From positions 307,830,001 to 307,894,000 of the forward strand of contig OZ024742.1 of the NCBI GenBank assembly GCA_964016885.1: a stretch of 64,000 nucleotides of DNA. The letters run 5' to 3'. The DNA comes from Eledone cirrhosa. Its lineage: Eukaryota. The notes under the pieces were generated by a model. That model made no database searches. It was not told the DNA's origin and worked only from the letters and a program-made list of their open reading frames with translations. The position numbers were made by a program, and so were the translations under genes. Shown here piece after piece: positions 13,151 to 26,670 of the stretch. Every line of letters begins with the position of its first letter. The stretch's first letter is position 1.

Positions 13151-14181
13151 CTCTCTGTTTCACTTCGTCTCTCCACTCTCGATCTATTTTTTTTTTTAGA
13201 AAAAAATTTACTGTGTTCAGACCTGAAAAGTAGATGGTATGCGCCAGGCTTTCAATTACCAAGAAACGCCTTATGTCGTTACGGCGCCCCTATGATTCCA
13301 TCGAAAGTTATGTGTTAAAAACAAAGAAAAGGTATCTAATCCAACACTCTAACGACACTTCCACTTCCTCGTCTAACGTATGATTTACAATGCTATATTG
13401 CTTTATAACGAGCGAGCGGGGTTTAATAAAATGTAACTCTAATAATTACAGATAAATAGAAAAAAACTATACCATAAATGTCAGTTACGTGCCTTAGTGT
13501 TATCCATAAGATCTCAAACAATTTTGATAGGATAATTTAGCAATTCAGCTTAGAGATTTTTCACTATCAAGATTTTGCTTCAATTTTTAAATAACACTAT
13601 TTAAAGAAATGCTGTTCAAATTTAGACACTTTGAAATAAATATTTTTTTTAATGTTCTAAAATTAATAAATGAGACTGTAATCAAATTTTGACAGTTTTA
13701 ACGATACGCATTTCAAATGTTGTAAATGTAATAAATTAGATTAAAATCTGATTTATTGAATTTCTAACATTTAATACAAGTTTTAGCGAGCGAGAAATGT
13801 AGAAATAATTTACAAACGTAAGTTTCCAGTTCATCTTGATAGATATTAAGTATATAGATATAATTCTCTTTATTTTAAAACACAAAATTACAAACAATCA
13901 TACCGCATATTTCAGAAGTTTTCATTTTAAAATTTGTCAAATTTGTTAATATGTACAAAATGACACACATCCATCCACAAACATGTGGATTTCTAACCTG
14001 AGTACGACTGATTCGTGTCACTAATTAGAGCAATGGCACGGGCACAAAAAGTCACATGAGTCACATTTGGCATTGTTAAAGCAGAACGGAGTAAATTGAT
14101 GTACTTTTAAAAAGCAATTGACTTAAGAAGCATAAACAAAATTTGAAATATTTTTATGTGAGCTTCTCAACACAAATGTCC

Positions 14182-14560
14182 ATAATAATTGTTTCTATCA
14201 AATCGACCCCAATGTGTTACTATATTTTATCGACCCCGTAATGATGAAAGGCAAAGCTAACGTCGGTAGGATTTGAACTCAGAACATAAAGGGCCGTAAG
14301 TCTATGCCATCAGGCATAGTTACCAACATTCTACCAATTCTGCCAATCCACTGCCATATAGTGTTTGATTTAGGCGCAATACCAACAATTTTGTGGAGAG
14401 GGAAAAGTCGATTAAATCGACCCCAGTGCGTTACTGCTACTTTATTTTATAGACTCCGTAAGGATAAAATAAAGTACCAGTAACGCACTGAGGTTCATTT
14501 AATCAACTTTCCCCTCCCCGCAAAATTGTTGGCCTTGCGCCTTCATCAGAAACTATTATG
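14182..14560 (-). mobile_element. SINE (minus, 14182-14356) followed by a fold-back pair of SINE 3' halves (14360-14560)
   Basis: Core and tail matches. cagtgcgttactgctactttattttat is inverted as ataaaataaagtaccagtaacgcactg around 14455. Confidence 0.8.
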
Positions 14561-15375
14561 AACAGATGACTATAATGATAAAAGTCGATCCTTACAAATA
14601 ATAGTTGAGAAATCGGGTAAAATAAGAGAAGGGAAAAAATTGGCTAGAGGCCCCCACATTTTCCAACTCCAGATATACTTCATCTAATTTTCTGATCTAT
14701 TATTTAAAGTGATCAACTATTATTATAGTCATTTGTGTTGGGATGAACACATTTCAAATTTCATAGATCGTCTTATTTGCCTGCATTCATTGTCGTTTGT
14801 ATAGTGATCAATTCAAAACATTGTCTTGCTTGAATATTTATTGTTACACAAGGATTAGTGATCAATATCAGATGTTCGTCTATTCCTGCAGGCATTAGAG
14901 TGGGTTAATGTTTGCAATGTAGAGAACGACAAAATAAATAAAAGAAACGCTTAATCAAATAACATTTCATGTGTAATGAAAAAAAAAAGAACAAAAACTG
15001 AATTAATCATTATCGTTGATTTATTTTTTTACTGCTTGTCAAGGATGGAAGTGCGGTGGCTATGACACATTGTTGTACCTACGAGATAGTTAGGAGGGAA
15101 ATATCTTCAAACTTGTATTCTGATCCAAAAGCAATAGAATGAACTCCGGAAAAAGCACCCAACTATAAATGCTGGGGTTAAAATGGGCGGCATGATAATG
15201 ATAGCAATTTTTTAATATTATATTGCATTTATATTAAATTGCATTGGGCTCTTGTGATCAATCAACGAAATCCTTATATTAAATGTCCTAATCACTGATT
15301 GTTTTACATTGATACATTATTTTTCCGTGTATGCTAAGGTGTGTTATGTTCACGTAAGTCTATATATCACTGAAG

Positions 15376-15567
15376 CAGACCTGTCAACTCTTCCCGTCCT
15401 ATGGAGAGATCTCCCCTCCACTTTGGGTGGTTGAGAGATGTCTTCTCTTGTGAACATGGGTATAGCTTTCATTATCTGTAATCTTCCCATTTTGTCTGAT
15501 TTCTCCCCGTTTTGGGGCACTTCTTTTCATGATACTCCCCGTTTGGGCTTTTAGAAGTTGGAAGATC
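15376..15567. mobile_element. hAT-type MITE (second family)
   Basis: Left TIR cagacctgtcaac, degenerate right TIR gttggaagatc, 8-bp TSD (c/a)actgaag. Homologous to 12058-12402. Confidence 0.7.
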
Positions 15568-15784
15568 AACTGAAGGATGTCTAGGAAGAAAGTAATACGT
15601 TTGCAGTTTACATTGTATTTGGCAAAGATATGACTTACATCCCATTGCACGCATCCATTCAAATTTTATTCAATTTGATCATCAGTGTTATGCATCATGT
15701 CTTTTTTTTGTTTCACTGAATTGTGTATGAGCCATCCCCCGCTACGGGCCAATTAAATTTTAACAAAATAACGTAACTGAAATA

Positions 15785-15970
15785 TCGATTTCTTATTTTG
15801 GCATAAGTCCAATAATTTGAGGAGAAAGAAAAGTCGACTATATCAACCCAATTAGTTAACTGATACATTATTATATCAACCACAGATTTGAACTCAAGAC
15901 TTAGAAAGTCGTAAATATATACTGCAAAGTATTTTGTCCGACGCTCTACCGATACTGCCCATCCATCACC
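15785..15970 (-). mobile_element. Diverged SINE copy
   Basis: gatttgaactca...tccgacgctctaccgatactgcc head on the minus strand. Confidence 0.7.
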
Positions 15971-18487
15971 CCAACGGAATTGAAATATTGACAAACAAAG
16001 CAGGATTGTATTTGAACGTGGTTTATAAAGCGAGAAAAAGTTAGAGTATTAAACTTACCAAATTTCAATGTTTGGTTATAATACGGTTTTGTGCTTAACC
16101 TGAAACTTTACATTAACGAGCATCAGCATAGAGATTTGCATTTAAATGTTTCCATAAATATTTTGCGCTAAATGCTTATTCAACAGGAAGTTACTTTGAA
16201 TCATCTCAAGAAAAAACATAAAGGCGACCACTATATTCATAACTATATAATTATTCAATAGGTCTTATTGGTTATATGACTAGTCCTTTTGGTAGTTTGG
16301 TGATTTTAAACAATTAGTTAATGCATTGACAATCATAATCAATATATTTAAATGATCTTTCATTCTATGTGTGCACTCAGCCATACAATTTCATTAACTT
16401 AGCTAAAATTGACATTTATTGTCGTCACTCAAAATGTCCCGGACATTTAACAACACATAATTGACTTTTAAGATTCATCGACAGAATTAAAATAATTGTC
16501 ATTAAGTATATGATATACCTCTCCGTTGTGAGTAGTCCCTATGTGCAATTAATCATGAATAACATTAACTAAAAAATATTCCCATTTGACATAACCTGGA
16601 AAATTTCAATTGTAACATTTCGAAATGTGTATTCATATTTCAATTAAATATGTACATGTTGTTGGAAATAAAGTTGTATAATTACATTTTGTTTTGATAA
16701 TTCCACTTAAAAAAAATTAAGTGCTCATCTGAGTAGAATGTCAGAACAAAGAATAATCTGAATGATAAAATGAATATTCATTGTGATTTTAATTAATTTT
16801 CAGAACTCTCTTTAAATATTTAATAGGCGCTCCTCTTCTTCTGTGTTAACACGAAGATAATGAAATGTAATGTGTTAAATGTAAATTAAAAAGGTTAATA
16901 ATAAATGATTTCTTCCCATTTAGACGAAATCATCTGCCAAAATTGTTTGTAAACTATGTCTAATTTGATTTTAAACGTTGTGGGGAATTTTTTGTTTAAA
17001 ATGTTTATATTGCATTTATTTCCATGTATGAATTTATAAATGCCCATTTGTACATATATTCACGACAAACGAACAATAATTACAACTAATGACTGCATTC
17101 CTTTTGAAGAAGCAGAAACCCACAGAGAGAAGCGGTCGCGTTCTGTTTCAATTTTCAAAAAGATGACAATTCAAACTATAAACCAGTAAATTATACATTT
17201 GTATAAATTATACAGTTGTAGAGATATCCTCTTCTTCTGTAACAAGTTCATTCTCGTATACAGAAGGGATTCTTGTTAATGCCTGCGATTTAGTTATCTT
17301 CCGTACTTTTGATTTAACCGCCCGTTTTTTTGTTCTGGTGGAAGGGACGAGGTTGGCACAGGGAAATGTGTCGCTGCATATGATGCCGCGGGTGAGTGAC
17401 TTACTAAAAAATTAAAATAGTTTAGGGCGATTATTGTTACAGCGATCGAGGTAGACATGCTCCAATTATGACAGGAAACAGGCCACATTTTAGCTTCTCT
17501 ATAACGTCATTCAAAGAGGCTAAGTATTTATCTATCCCTTTGTAGTATTCTTGAGATTATCTAAGTAGAATTGAGTTACTTTCACGACCTGTGTGTTTAA
17601 TTATTATCAATAAAACTATATTCTTTTCTTTACAAAAGTATTAAGTATCCTTGGACTATTTTGAAATTAAGAAAGGTATTGGCAATTTTAAATATTCTAA
17701 ACTCACTTCATCAAATTCGTCATTCTCAGCCATGAATAATAAAATAGCTACATTTTGCTCGCGACGTAGACTAAGACTAAGATTGTATATTTGTTGAGAA
17801 GGCTAGCAAAGCAATTTGGTAATTCCTTTTCAATAGATACTTTTACTTTTAATAGATACTTTTACATACATGTAAGTCTTGAGACTTTAATTGATTCACT
17901 TATTCTTTTCCATATTTATCATGTAGACTAATACCGATGTTAGAAATATCCTAATCTGTGGTTAACGATTTATCGAACACGTAGTGGCGTTATGCATAAG
18001 AAGAAATCGGTCAGATTGTATAGTGTTTAACCCGATGTATTTAGTTACCCCCCCCCCCCCCCCACACACACACACACACAGAAACACATTCCTTCAATGG
18101 CTATTATATTTGGAGTCGATACGTCATGTAAAGTTAGAGGTCCCTGAGTTTGCAATAAACTTATTCCAATTCCTGTCCATCATTATATGAATTATTGACA
18201 TGCTATAGAAGTCTACGGCCATGTATATATTAACAAGAGATGTCTGTAACATTATCATAATGCTGATATTTTGGGTTACAGACGTGTAGACGTTGTGTGG
18301 GTGGATGTTTATTGTGGATGTAAGATAAATGTTATTCCATTTCTTGAAGTGTTCATAAGGTAATAGATTTTTTCTTTTGTTCTTAAACTCACGCCCTATT
18401 TGATCAATAGCTCACGTTATATAATTCAAATCAACCTATGGCGCTTTGTAGGAAAGGTGTGCTGAATATTCTGAACTATTTATATGT

Positions 18488-18814
18488 CTGTGTGTGAAAG
18501 AGTATGTGTGTGAATATCTTCCTGTGTATATCCCGACATATGAGTTACATGGAGAGAAGGGTTTATATATGAGTGATTGAGTGAAAGACATCATTATGTG
18601 TATAGCATGCACTGTATGGGAATAGAAAGAGAAAAGAGGAAACAGTGCTGTGTGAGAAAGAGTATGTGTATATGCATGTGGATGTCTTTCTGTGTACATT
18701 CCGACATATGAGTTACATGGTGAGAATGGTTTATATATGAGTGATAGAGTGAAAGACATCCTTTATGTGTTTGGCATGCGCTGTGTGCGAATAGAAGGAG
18801 AAAAGGAAACAGTG
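18488..18814. repeat. Two-copy tandem repeat, period ~160-168 bp
   Basis: ccgacatatgagttacatgg at 18533 and 18701. gaaacagtg ends both units. Confidence 0.85.
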
Positions 18815-19358
18815 TAATCATACAGATTACAACTGTTCAATATTAAATATGATTAAAAATGAGATAACAGAGATATGATTGCCAAATACAGATTTGTATC
18901 TTATTTTAGTATTTAATTAGATTAGCTTTCTTTTGTTTTTTTAGGATTTTCATTTTAGATAAACATGTTGATATATTAAACCTTAGGATTTTATGTACAT
19001 TTCTAAAAATTCTAATTATTTCTGAAGTCTTTCGGTGCATTTACTATCGCGTGAATTGACCGACTTGACCTCAAAACAACTTTCCAAAAATCAATTTATA
19101 TTTCTGTACGAGTTCACCCCAGAAAAATACAATAAACTCGGTTAATAAGAGAAACAAAGAGATAACCTAATATAAACACTAACAAATAAATGTAGTGAAC
19201 CAGAAACAGTATTTAGTATTATCACTTCTAGGTCTATCCAATGGTGAAATATTTACACAATCACTCGTTTTTCTACAAATGTATCACTCACTTCTGTCTC
19301 AAATCATTGCATTTGTCAGTGATAAAAACAAAATAAAACGATGAATACGTTAGATAAT

Positions 19359-19546
19359 TGTTTCTACTTTTAGCACAAGGCCAGCAATTTCCCAGTGTAT
19401 TACTGGTACTTTATTTTATCGACCCCGTAAGGATGAAAGGCAAAGTTAACCTCGGCGGGATTTGAACTCAGAATGGCAAGGGCCGTAACTCTATGCTGCA
19501 AAGCATGGCTTCCGACCCTCTACCGATACTGCCAATCCACCGCCCT
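19359..19546 (-). mobile_element. tRNA-derived SINE with 17-bp TSD
   Basis: TSD tgaatacgttagataat at 19342-19358 and 19547-19563. Confidence 0.92.
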
Positions 19547-20456
19547 TGAATACGTTAGATAATGTCGTGCTAGCTACACAATGGGTGAAAACAAACATGG
19601 TCTGGAATGTCTTTCATCATAAATCCGCTAGTTCAGGGATGAGCTGAGTTTGAACATGAATGGTATTTCACTAAGTGTCAGCTCTCGAAAAGAGTTTCAA
19701 TTAATTTATTGGTACATAAAATGGTGTGTTGCATATAGTACGAATTGAATGATATTCCAAGCTGCGTCTATACAGAACGGTAGACATATAAGGAGATAAA
19801 GCAGCAGCACCAATGGACTCTTAGCCTCGCCACCTGCATCAACTCTACTCCCACATACAGAAACACCATACCGTTTAACACTGAACGTTAAGAACTACAC
19901 CTATTGTTCTCTGACCTTGTCCATATTGATCATATCTACTGTGGCCAATATCAGAATATACAGTTGTACAGAAAGAGACTGCAGAATTAAGAACCTATAA
20001 CATCCCAATCTCAATTCAACACTGTATATTTGAGCTAGTTTCACAAATTACCCAAGTGCAATATATGGAATGGATCTCAGTCGGTTTTGGCGATGACTGT
20101 TCGAGTTGTTCGATCAAAGGAGCAGTCAGCTCTAAAAATTCCACACGTGAATTCTTAGCGATAAGCTTCCAAGTAGTTTCTGTCATCCCGCTTGACTGAC
20201 AAGGCTTGATTCGACCAGGGGTTATGGTAAATGGTGCTTGCTCAAATCGAAACCGAGAACTAATGATTATGAAGGGATCTTCTACACGATTAGGCCAATC
20301 TACGTTTACAATGTTTGGCATTGGCGTTTGTATCAACAATCATTAGCAATTGTATCACCACCATGCAGATATATTTCACTGATGACACACATTTATATTG
20401 AAATCGGTACTGCTATGCTCACGGACACGATGACTAAGAACAGGATTGCTATATAT

Positions 20457-20781
20457 CAGAGGTTCTCAAACTGTTTGGGCCACCTCACCCCCTCATGGCC
20501 ACGTAATACCCTCAGAGCCCCCCCCATTTTTTTCCAGAGAGACCTGTCTACGCGTAAATTGTAAATAATATATAATAAATAACATTGTTAATTTATATAT
20601 AATAAATAATATAATATATACAATGTATAAATAAATACTATTTTCTTATTTTACTATATCTATATATACTATGTATCAATTGATATTTAATATACTATTA
20701 TATCATCTCTACCGCCCCCATATTCCCCTGGACCTTCTCAATGCCCCCAGGGGGCAGAAGCGCCCACTTTGAGAACCTCTG
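20457..20781. mobile_element. hAT/Charlie-type MITE, 325 bp
   Basis: Perfect 14-bp TIR cagaggttctcaaa / tttgagaacctctg. 8-bp TSD ctatata(t/c). Confidence 0.9.
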
Positions 20782-21272
20782 CTATATACTATGAGAGCAA
20801 CAGTCATGAAAACAAGACAACTGTCTTCTAAGTGGCTGCTTCATAAATATATACATAGTAGTCATCTTGCCAATAAATCACACCTAGGCATAAAAACAAA
20901 AGTGACATTGAATTTTCTCAACTTAAGAGAAAGGGAAACGTGCTTCAGTGTGTGAAGGGGCTGCCTGTGTTCAATGGTTGTGTGAGTGAGGGGGGGGGAG
21001 GCGTATGTATCAGTGTTCACTTTGTGTGTATGCATGCCTAATGTATGCTCAATGTGTGTGTGTATATGCGTGTGCCCGTGTATGTGTGCTCAGATTGTGT
21101 ATCTGCGTGACCAACGTGTGTATGGTGTGCGTGTGTATGTTTATGCTCAATGTGTATGTTTGTGTGTGCGCATGTTAATGTGTATGTCTGTGTACCCAAT
21201 GTGTACTCAACTTGAGTGTGAGTGTGTGTGTGTGTGTACGCGCGTGTGTGTGTGTGTACTAATACTATTACA

Positions 21273-21459
21273 GTGGATTGGCAGTATCGGTAGAGGGTCT
21301 GATGCCATGCTTTGCAGCATAAGGTTATGCCCCTTTATGATCTGAGTTCAAATCCCGCTGAAGTTAACTTTGCCTTTTATCCTTACGGGGTCGATAAAAT
21401 AAAGTACCAGTAATGCACTGGGGTAATTGCTGGCCTTGTGCCAAAAGTAGAACAATTAT
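21273..21459 (+). mobile_element. tRNA-derived SINE
   Basis: Full match to the family. Confidence 0.9.
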
Positions 21460-21915
21460 TTCTAGATATCCCTAATAAGATGAGTCTTTGCTAGAGTAAC
21501 CAAATAGCTCTTATAGATCAAGGCGGACCAGGTGCTACACAACATCTCATCACTATATAATTACTGCATTCAATTCAATATTATTACTGTCTTCCTGGAT
21601 TTACCTCAAATACTAAGGCTAGCTCTTCAATCAAAACAACACAACCACTTACACTATAGCCCCTATCATGAATGAGAACACTTTAGAAACAACGAAAGCC
21701 ACAATTAAGAAGAATAGTATAGATATTTGAAATAGGAAATAAGAAATATGTACTGATGTAGTGCTCAGGAATCCAGTTGTTAAAGATTATGTTTAAAATT
21801 ATTGTGAAATATTCATGGTCAACTGCTTCGATATATATATATATTCTTAGTTGTTAAATCACAATAATTGAGTGTCTAACTTACTGTGGTTACCCCAGAT
21901 TGAACCCGGGATAAA

Positions 21916-21957
<42 letters not shown>

Positions 21958-21959
<2 letters not shown>

Positions 21960-22047
21960 ATGTTCTTCTTACCCACTCTACTGCCCTAAGTATTGAGTAC
22001 TCTGGTGCGTCATGGTCCATCTGGTTCCTTACCACACTTCCTTCGTT
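21958..22047 (+). mobile_element. Isolated Penelope P1 3' tail in (TA)n
   Basis: ttacccactctactgccctaagtattgagtactctggtgcg... matches 11680-11758. TA tracts on both sides. Confidence 0.8.
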
Positions 22048-22594
22048 ATATATATATATATATATATATATAGTTATACTTGGGGAGGGTCATATTTGCG
22101 TAATATTGCCAGAATTAATAACAGAACACACTCACTGTTTGGTTGGTTTTCGCTTCTCGCTGTCTTTTATATCTGCGATCTAACTTACTTGGTCCTCAAT
22201 GTTGCCATTGACTGACCGACGGTCAAAAATAATACAGATACAATATAGACACAAACACATATATATAGTTTACATAATTTACATAAATCTTTCGTTGCAC
22301 ATCTGCAACATCGTCAGTGGTGTTATATTTTTTCCTCCTGTTGTGTTGTATGTCTACGCCATTTTTTATTCAGTCTGTCTATATATTTATTTATTTATTT
22401 GCTTGTTTGTTTATTTTATTTTGTCTTCTTTGCGCATGCGTTTGCGTGTGTGTATAGTGTTGTGTGTGCTGTGTGACTAGTGTGTATAGTGTTGTGTCTG
22501 CTGGGTGACTAGTGTGTGTTTATGTGCTTGTTGTTATTGTGCTTGTGTATGTATTTATTTATCTTATTTTATTTTATTTTATTTATTTACTTAT

Positions 22595-24046
22595 TTATAC
22601 TTCTCTTAGGTCAGTGTTGTTTGTTTGGGTGTTGTTGTTGTTCCACTCATTCTTTCTGTTTAGCTTTGGTCTTCTAATTTCTATTTCACTGGCCTCTCTG
22701 ATTTGCCTATCTGCTGGGTCATTCCTATGTTTAGATATTATTCTAATTTCTATGTTGTCTATGTTACCGTCATGTTGTTGTCTAGCATGTTCGTATAGTA
22801 CTGACCCGTTTTTTCGTCCTTTTAGTTCCCCCCAGTGTTGGTCTATCCTTTCACCTATGCTACGAGCTGTCTCACCTATGTATGTTGTTGTCATGTTTCT
22901 GCAAGTACCCTCTGTACATCTTATGCTATAGACTACGTTTCTAGTTTTACAGTTTATCCGGGGGTTCACCTTACATATGATACATTTCCTATTGGTACAG
23001 TGGGTTTTCTTAAAAGGGTAGGTTTTGCTGATCAGGGATTTTATGGTGGTTCCTGGCTTTTCTACCACCTTTATTTTTAAGTGGGTCTTTCTCAGGGCCT
23101 TTCTACACTGGTTAGCTAATTTCCCTCCAGGGGTGGCTTCCACAAACATGACACTCTGATATCTCTGGTTGTCGTACCATGATGTGGCCTTCCCTATCTT
23201 ATGTCTAGCCCTATCTAAGCTATTCCATGATTTGCTCCTGTATAGTGGGCAAATTCCTTTCATGTCCAGTTCTATGAGGGTCTTATACTTTTCCATGGCT
23301 CCTTCGTATACTCTGACTCTGTCTCTTTGGTTGTAGCCAGAGAACTGCATGCGGTTGATGAAGTGTTGGATGTGTCTTTCCATTTCTGTTGGGTCGCACA
23401 TGCTGGACACATTCTTCATCACTCGTACCAAATCTGCGATCAGAATATTAAACTTAGCACTACTGGACATTGCTGAGTTTTTGAGTATCAGGTATTTGGA
23501 GGCCATGGGTTTAGCATAGTGTGAGTGGAGAATTTGGGCTCTCTCGTCTATAGTGTTAATCCAGAGTTCTGTGTCTAATACAGGTAGTCTATTGTTAGGG
23601 TGTTTGGAAGGGAAGTCGATAGTTACAGTTATACTCTGGTGTATGGAATTAGCTATCTGCTGGATGCTTTCCATCGTGCTACGTTCTAAATCAAACTTGT
23701 TAGTGCTCTCTAGTGGGGGTGTTCTTATAACTATATTGATATCGTCTACATAACGAGAGTACATGATGAGGTCTATGGAGCTTTCATTAAGGAGATCTTT
23801 AAGTCTCCTTTCCCACCATACCATGAAAAGGTTGGCAACGTCACCAGCTATGCTGACGCCGATGGCTGCTCCCTCATTTTGGGTGTAGATTTTCTCATTG
23901 AACTTAAATATGTGGCCCTTTAGGGTAGTTTTGATACTAGCCCCTATTGCATGTGCGACCATTTTTCTTACCTGATCAGTGTTTTGGGGGGTCCGTATAG
24001 CTTTGGTCCACCCAATCCACCTTCCTACGGGAGTCTTTTTAGCCAT
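22595..24046 (-). pseudogene. Penelope ORF, C-terminal half: RT motifs B-C, thumb, GIY-YIG endonuclease
   Basis: QNEGAAIGVSIAGDVANLFM, YSRYVDDI, LPVLD, HCTNRKCIICK..NCKTRNVVYSIRC..YIGETARSIGERIDQH..READ-like REASEI..LN. Confidence 0.92.
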
Positions 24047-24051
24047 TGAGG

Positions 24052-25719
24052 TTATGGTGGGGGTCTACCTCTTATAGGTCTACTAGGGCAGAAACATCTA
24101 AGGTCATGGCTGTCTAGGTAGTCAGTGTCGTAGGTAAGTCTAAGTAGGAGGCCCAGTTCGTCTGTGTCGACGTCGCAGAACTCCACCTCACTCTCAATGA
24201 TCACCTCCACACATCTTTTCACAGCAAAATCAATGTTAATGGATGGGTACAGTGACACCACATCCATGCTGCCTATTATGCAGTTGGATAGGCTCCTGTT
24301 TTTGTTGCACTCACTGATTCTGCTGAGGAGGTCCTCTGTACTTTCACATACATCTGGGGACATCTTGATTATGGGGCCTATAACCATTGAGAGGAAGTAG
24401 GAGATCCTGTAGTTGCTAGCTATATTAGCTCCGCATACGGGTCTTGTTGGTGGTCCTGTTGTCGGGTCGTTGACTGTCTTGTGGTCTTTGCGGAGCACAT
24501 ACAAGGGTGGTATGCCATTGTTAGACGCCTGGAAGTTGTTGGCAGTGCGTCTGCTTGGCTTTAGGATGTCAGTCCACATCATCATGTGAGCGTTGAGGAT
24601 TTTTTCTCTCCCATCGTGTGTTTGTTGTGCAACTTCGCTCGTGTTGGTGATGTGGGGTTGCATAGCCTCGATGTAGTTCGGCATGCTATCTATTGACATC
24701 CTACCAGACTTATCTGTGGGTAGACACACTACCTCACCATCCCTTGTGCGCTGCTTGAGGCTAACCAAGCCTTCTACAGGTTTTCTCCCAAGTTGTTGGG
24801 CCTCTGGTCTGCTCTGTCTCTTAGTATACCTGTCTACTACTTGTCTAATCTTATTTCTAGCTATGGTGAACTGTGCCTCCGTCTCGTCATCTATTTGCTG
24901 TGGTATGCAAACTCTTTTATTAAAGGGTAACCTCGTAGGATAGATATTACCCATCTTATATGTTTTGTCAGCTGGGTTGAAAAATAGTTTCTCCAAGGGG
25001 TTGTCATTATATCTATCGTCATAGTTGTGTGTGTTGCTATTGTTGTTGTTATTATCAGGGTGGTTGTTGTTGTTCCTATCATTAGCATTATTATTATTGT
25101 TATGATTGCTAGATGTATTGTTGTTTACTTCACCGTTATTGTTGTTGTTGTTACTGTTATTTCTACCATTGTGGTTGTTACTATTATTATGTTTCTTGTT
25201 TTTGTTGATGTTGCTACATGTACTATTTCCATTATTACCACTGTGGTTATTGTTGTTGTTGTTGTTCGTATTGTTACCGTTATTACTCCTGTGGTCACTG
25301 TTGCTGTGTCTGTGGTTAACGTTTCTATTATTATTATTATTATTGTGGTTGTTGTTGTTCCGTCTATCGCAAGTATTATTGCCATTATCACTATTTCTCA
25401 CTTTCCTGCTATTGTTATGGTTATGGCTGTTATTTCTATACCCAGAGTTATTGTTCATATTACTACTACCGTTATTATTGTTGTTGTTGTTTACCTTTGC
25501 ATTCCAACACTTTTCCAGCTCCGTTTTGCATTCCATAGGGTTAATCTTTTTGTAGATGGCACATTTTGGTGGTAACCGTAGGATTTGTTGTTCTTGTTCA
25601 CTGATTAAAGTGTTCCCATAGATATTTACTGTGTGGTCATTGGTAAATTCTTCCGGTAGTTTTACATCAGTCATACAGATACTGTCGATGTTATCTGGGT
25701 ATTTTTGAGATGACCACAC
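24052..25719 (-). pseudogene. Penelope ORF, N-terminal half (Asn-rich insert, RT motifs 1-A); frameshift near 24056
   Basis: PTDKSGR, YVLRKDHK, PTRPVCGA, GSMDVVSLYPSI. A one-base shift restores RPPTITSMAKK into the next ORF. Confidence 0.88.
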
Positions 25720-25739
25720 AGTAAATATCTATGGGAACA

Positions 25740-25783
25740 AACTTAAACTTTCTTTCTTTCTCAACCCCTCTCCCTTTTTTTCA

Positions 25784-25860
<77 letters not shown>

Positions 25861-26670
25861 GCTCTCACGCATACCCCTCGCTCTCGCTTAGAGAGAGTTG
25901 CAACATGTATGTAGTTTCATAGATTTTTGAGAATGAAAATATAAACAGAGCATATAAATAAATTTAACATAACAAATATGTTTTAAAAATATACATAAAT
26001 AACATTACAAATATACATAAATAACATTACAAATGCCTCGGTAACACTACAAAGGATGATACAATGAAAGATATATTCCTTCAATGCTTCAATATTAAAG
26101 AAAATGTAACGGAAGGGGTGAACAACGGAGCCAACACCAGAGCAAAAGACAGCAGTGTCGCGAGTACTGGGCAACCTTCTCTTATGATTTTTTAGGCAAG
26201 CCAGCACACTCGGGTGATGGCGAGGCTGATGCGCTGAAATATTGTTTTAAAAGACTTTTTAATGGAAATGAAGCAAAATGGAAGCTTAATGTTGAAACTT
26301 CGAACTCATGAATTTTTCAGGTATAAATTTTGCTGGCCCGAAAACTGTTCGCGTATTTTTGTACGTGTCGTTTGTTCCTAACGTAAATAGATTAGACAGA
26401 ATGACGCCATAAAAGGGAAATAACTCGTCTCTCATCTCTATTTATACATTTGAACTGAAAAATCAATACATTACAAATTCGATTTTTACACTTGGCGTGG
26501 GTCGATTTGAAACATTTTTTGACCGATGACTCCGCCGGAGCTTCATCTATAAGTGTAGCAATTTCACCGAAATTTGAACGTACGGTTTAAGAGGAGATCT
26601 GTGCCGAAGGTTTTAGTAGACAGACAGACAGACAGACAGACAGACAACCTCAGTTTTATATATATAGATA
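25740..26670 (-). mobile_element. Probable non-autonomous Helitron (5' end at about 26670)
   Basis: The minus strand begins a|TCTATATATATAAAACTGAGGTT followed by (GTCT)n, the typical TC start plus tetranucleotide-repeat layout of animal non-autonomous Helitrons. Internal (TC)n at 25788-25860. Confidence 0.55.

Larger units (their letters stand above)
22071..25730 (-). mobile_element. Near-complete Penelope-like retroelement (Neptune-like), pLTR at about 22071-22400
   Basis: RT plus C-terminal GIY-YIG with a Cys-rich linker. The 3' end abuts (TA)n. pLTR copies recur at 36124-36443 and 36863-36992. Confidence 0.92.

Noticed and set aside
13190-13320. Short ORF 13130-13318 as an exon
   Set aside because: It starts in a SINE relic, and has no GT donor at the end and no homology cue.
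19760-20440. ORFs 20016-20339(-) and 20238-20564(+)
   Set aside because: No recognisable motifs. Possibly a very old Penelope remnant, but unsupported.
25027-25575. Hydrophobic V/L/I-rich plus-strand ORFs (also 51974, 56844, 61790)
   Set aside because: They are antisense shadows of low-complexity retroelement coding regions.
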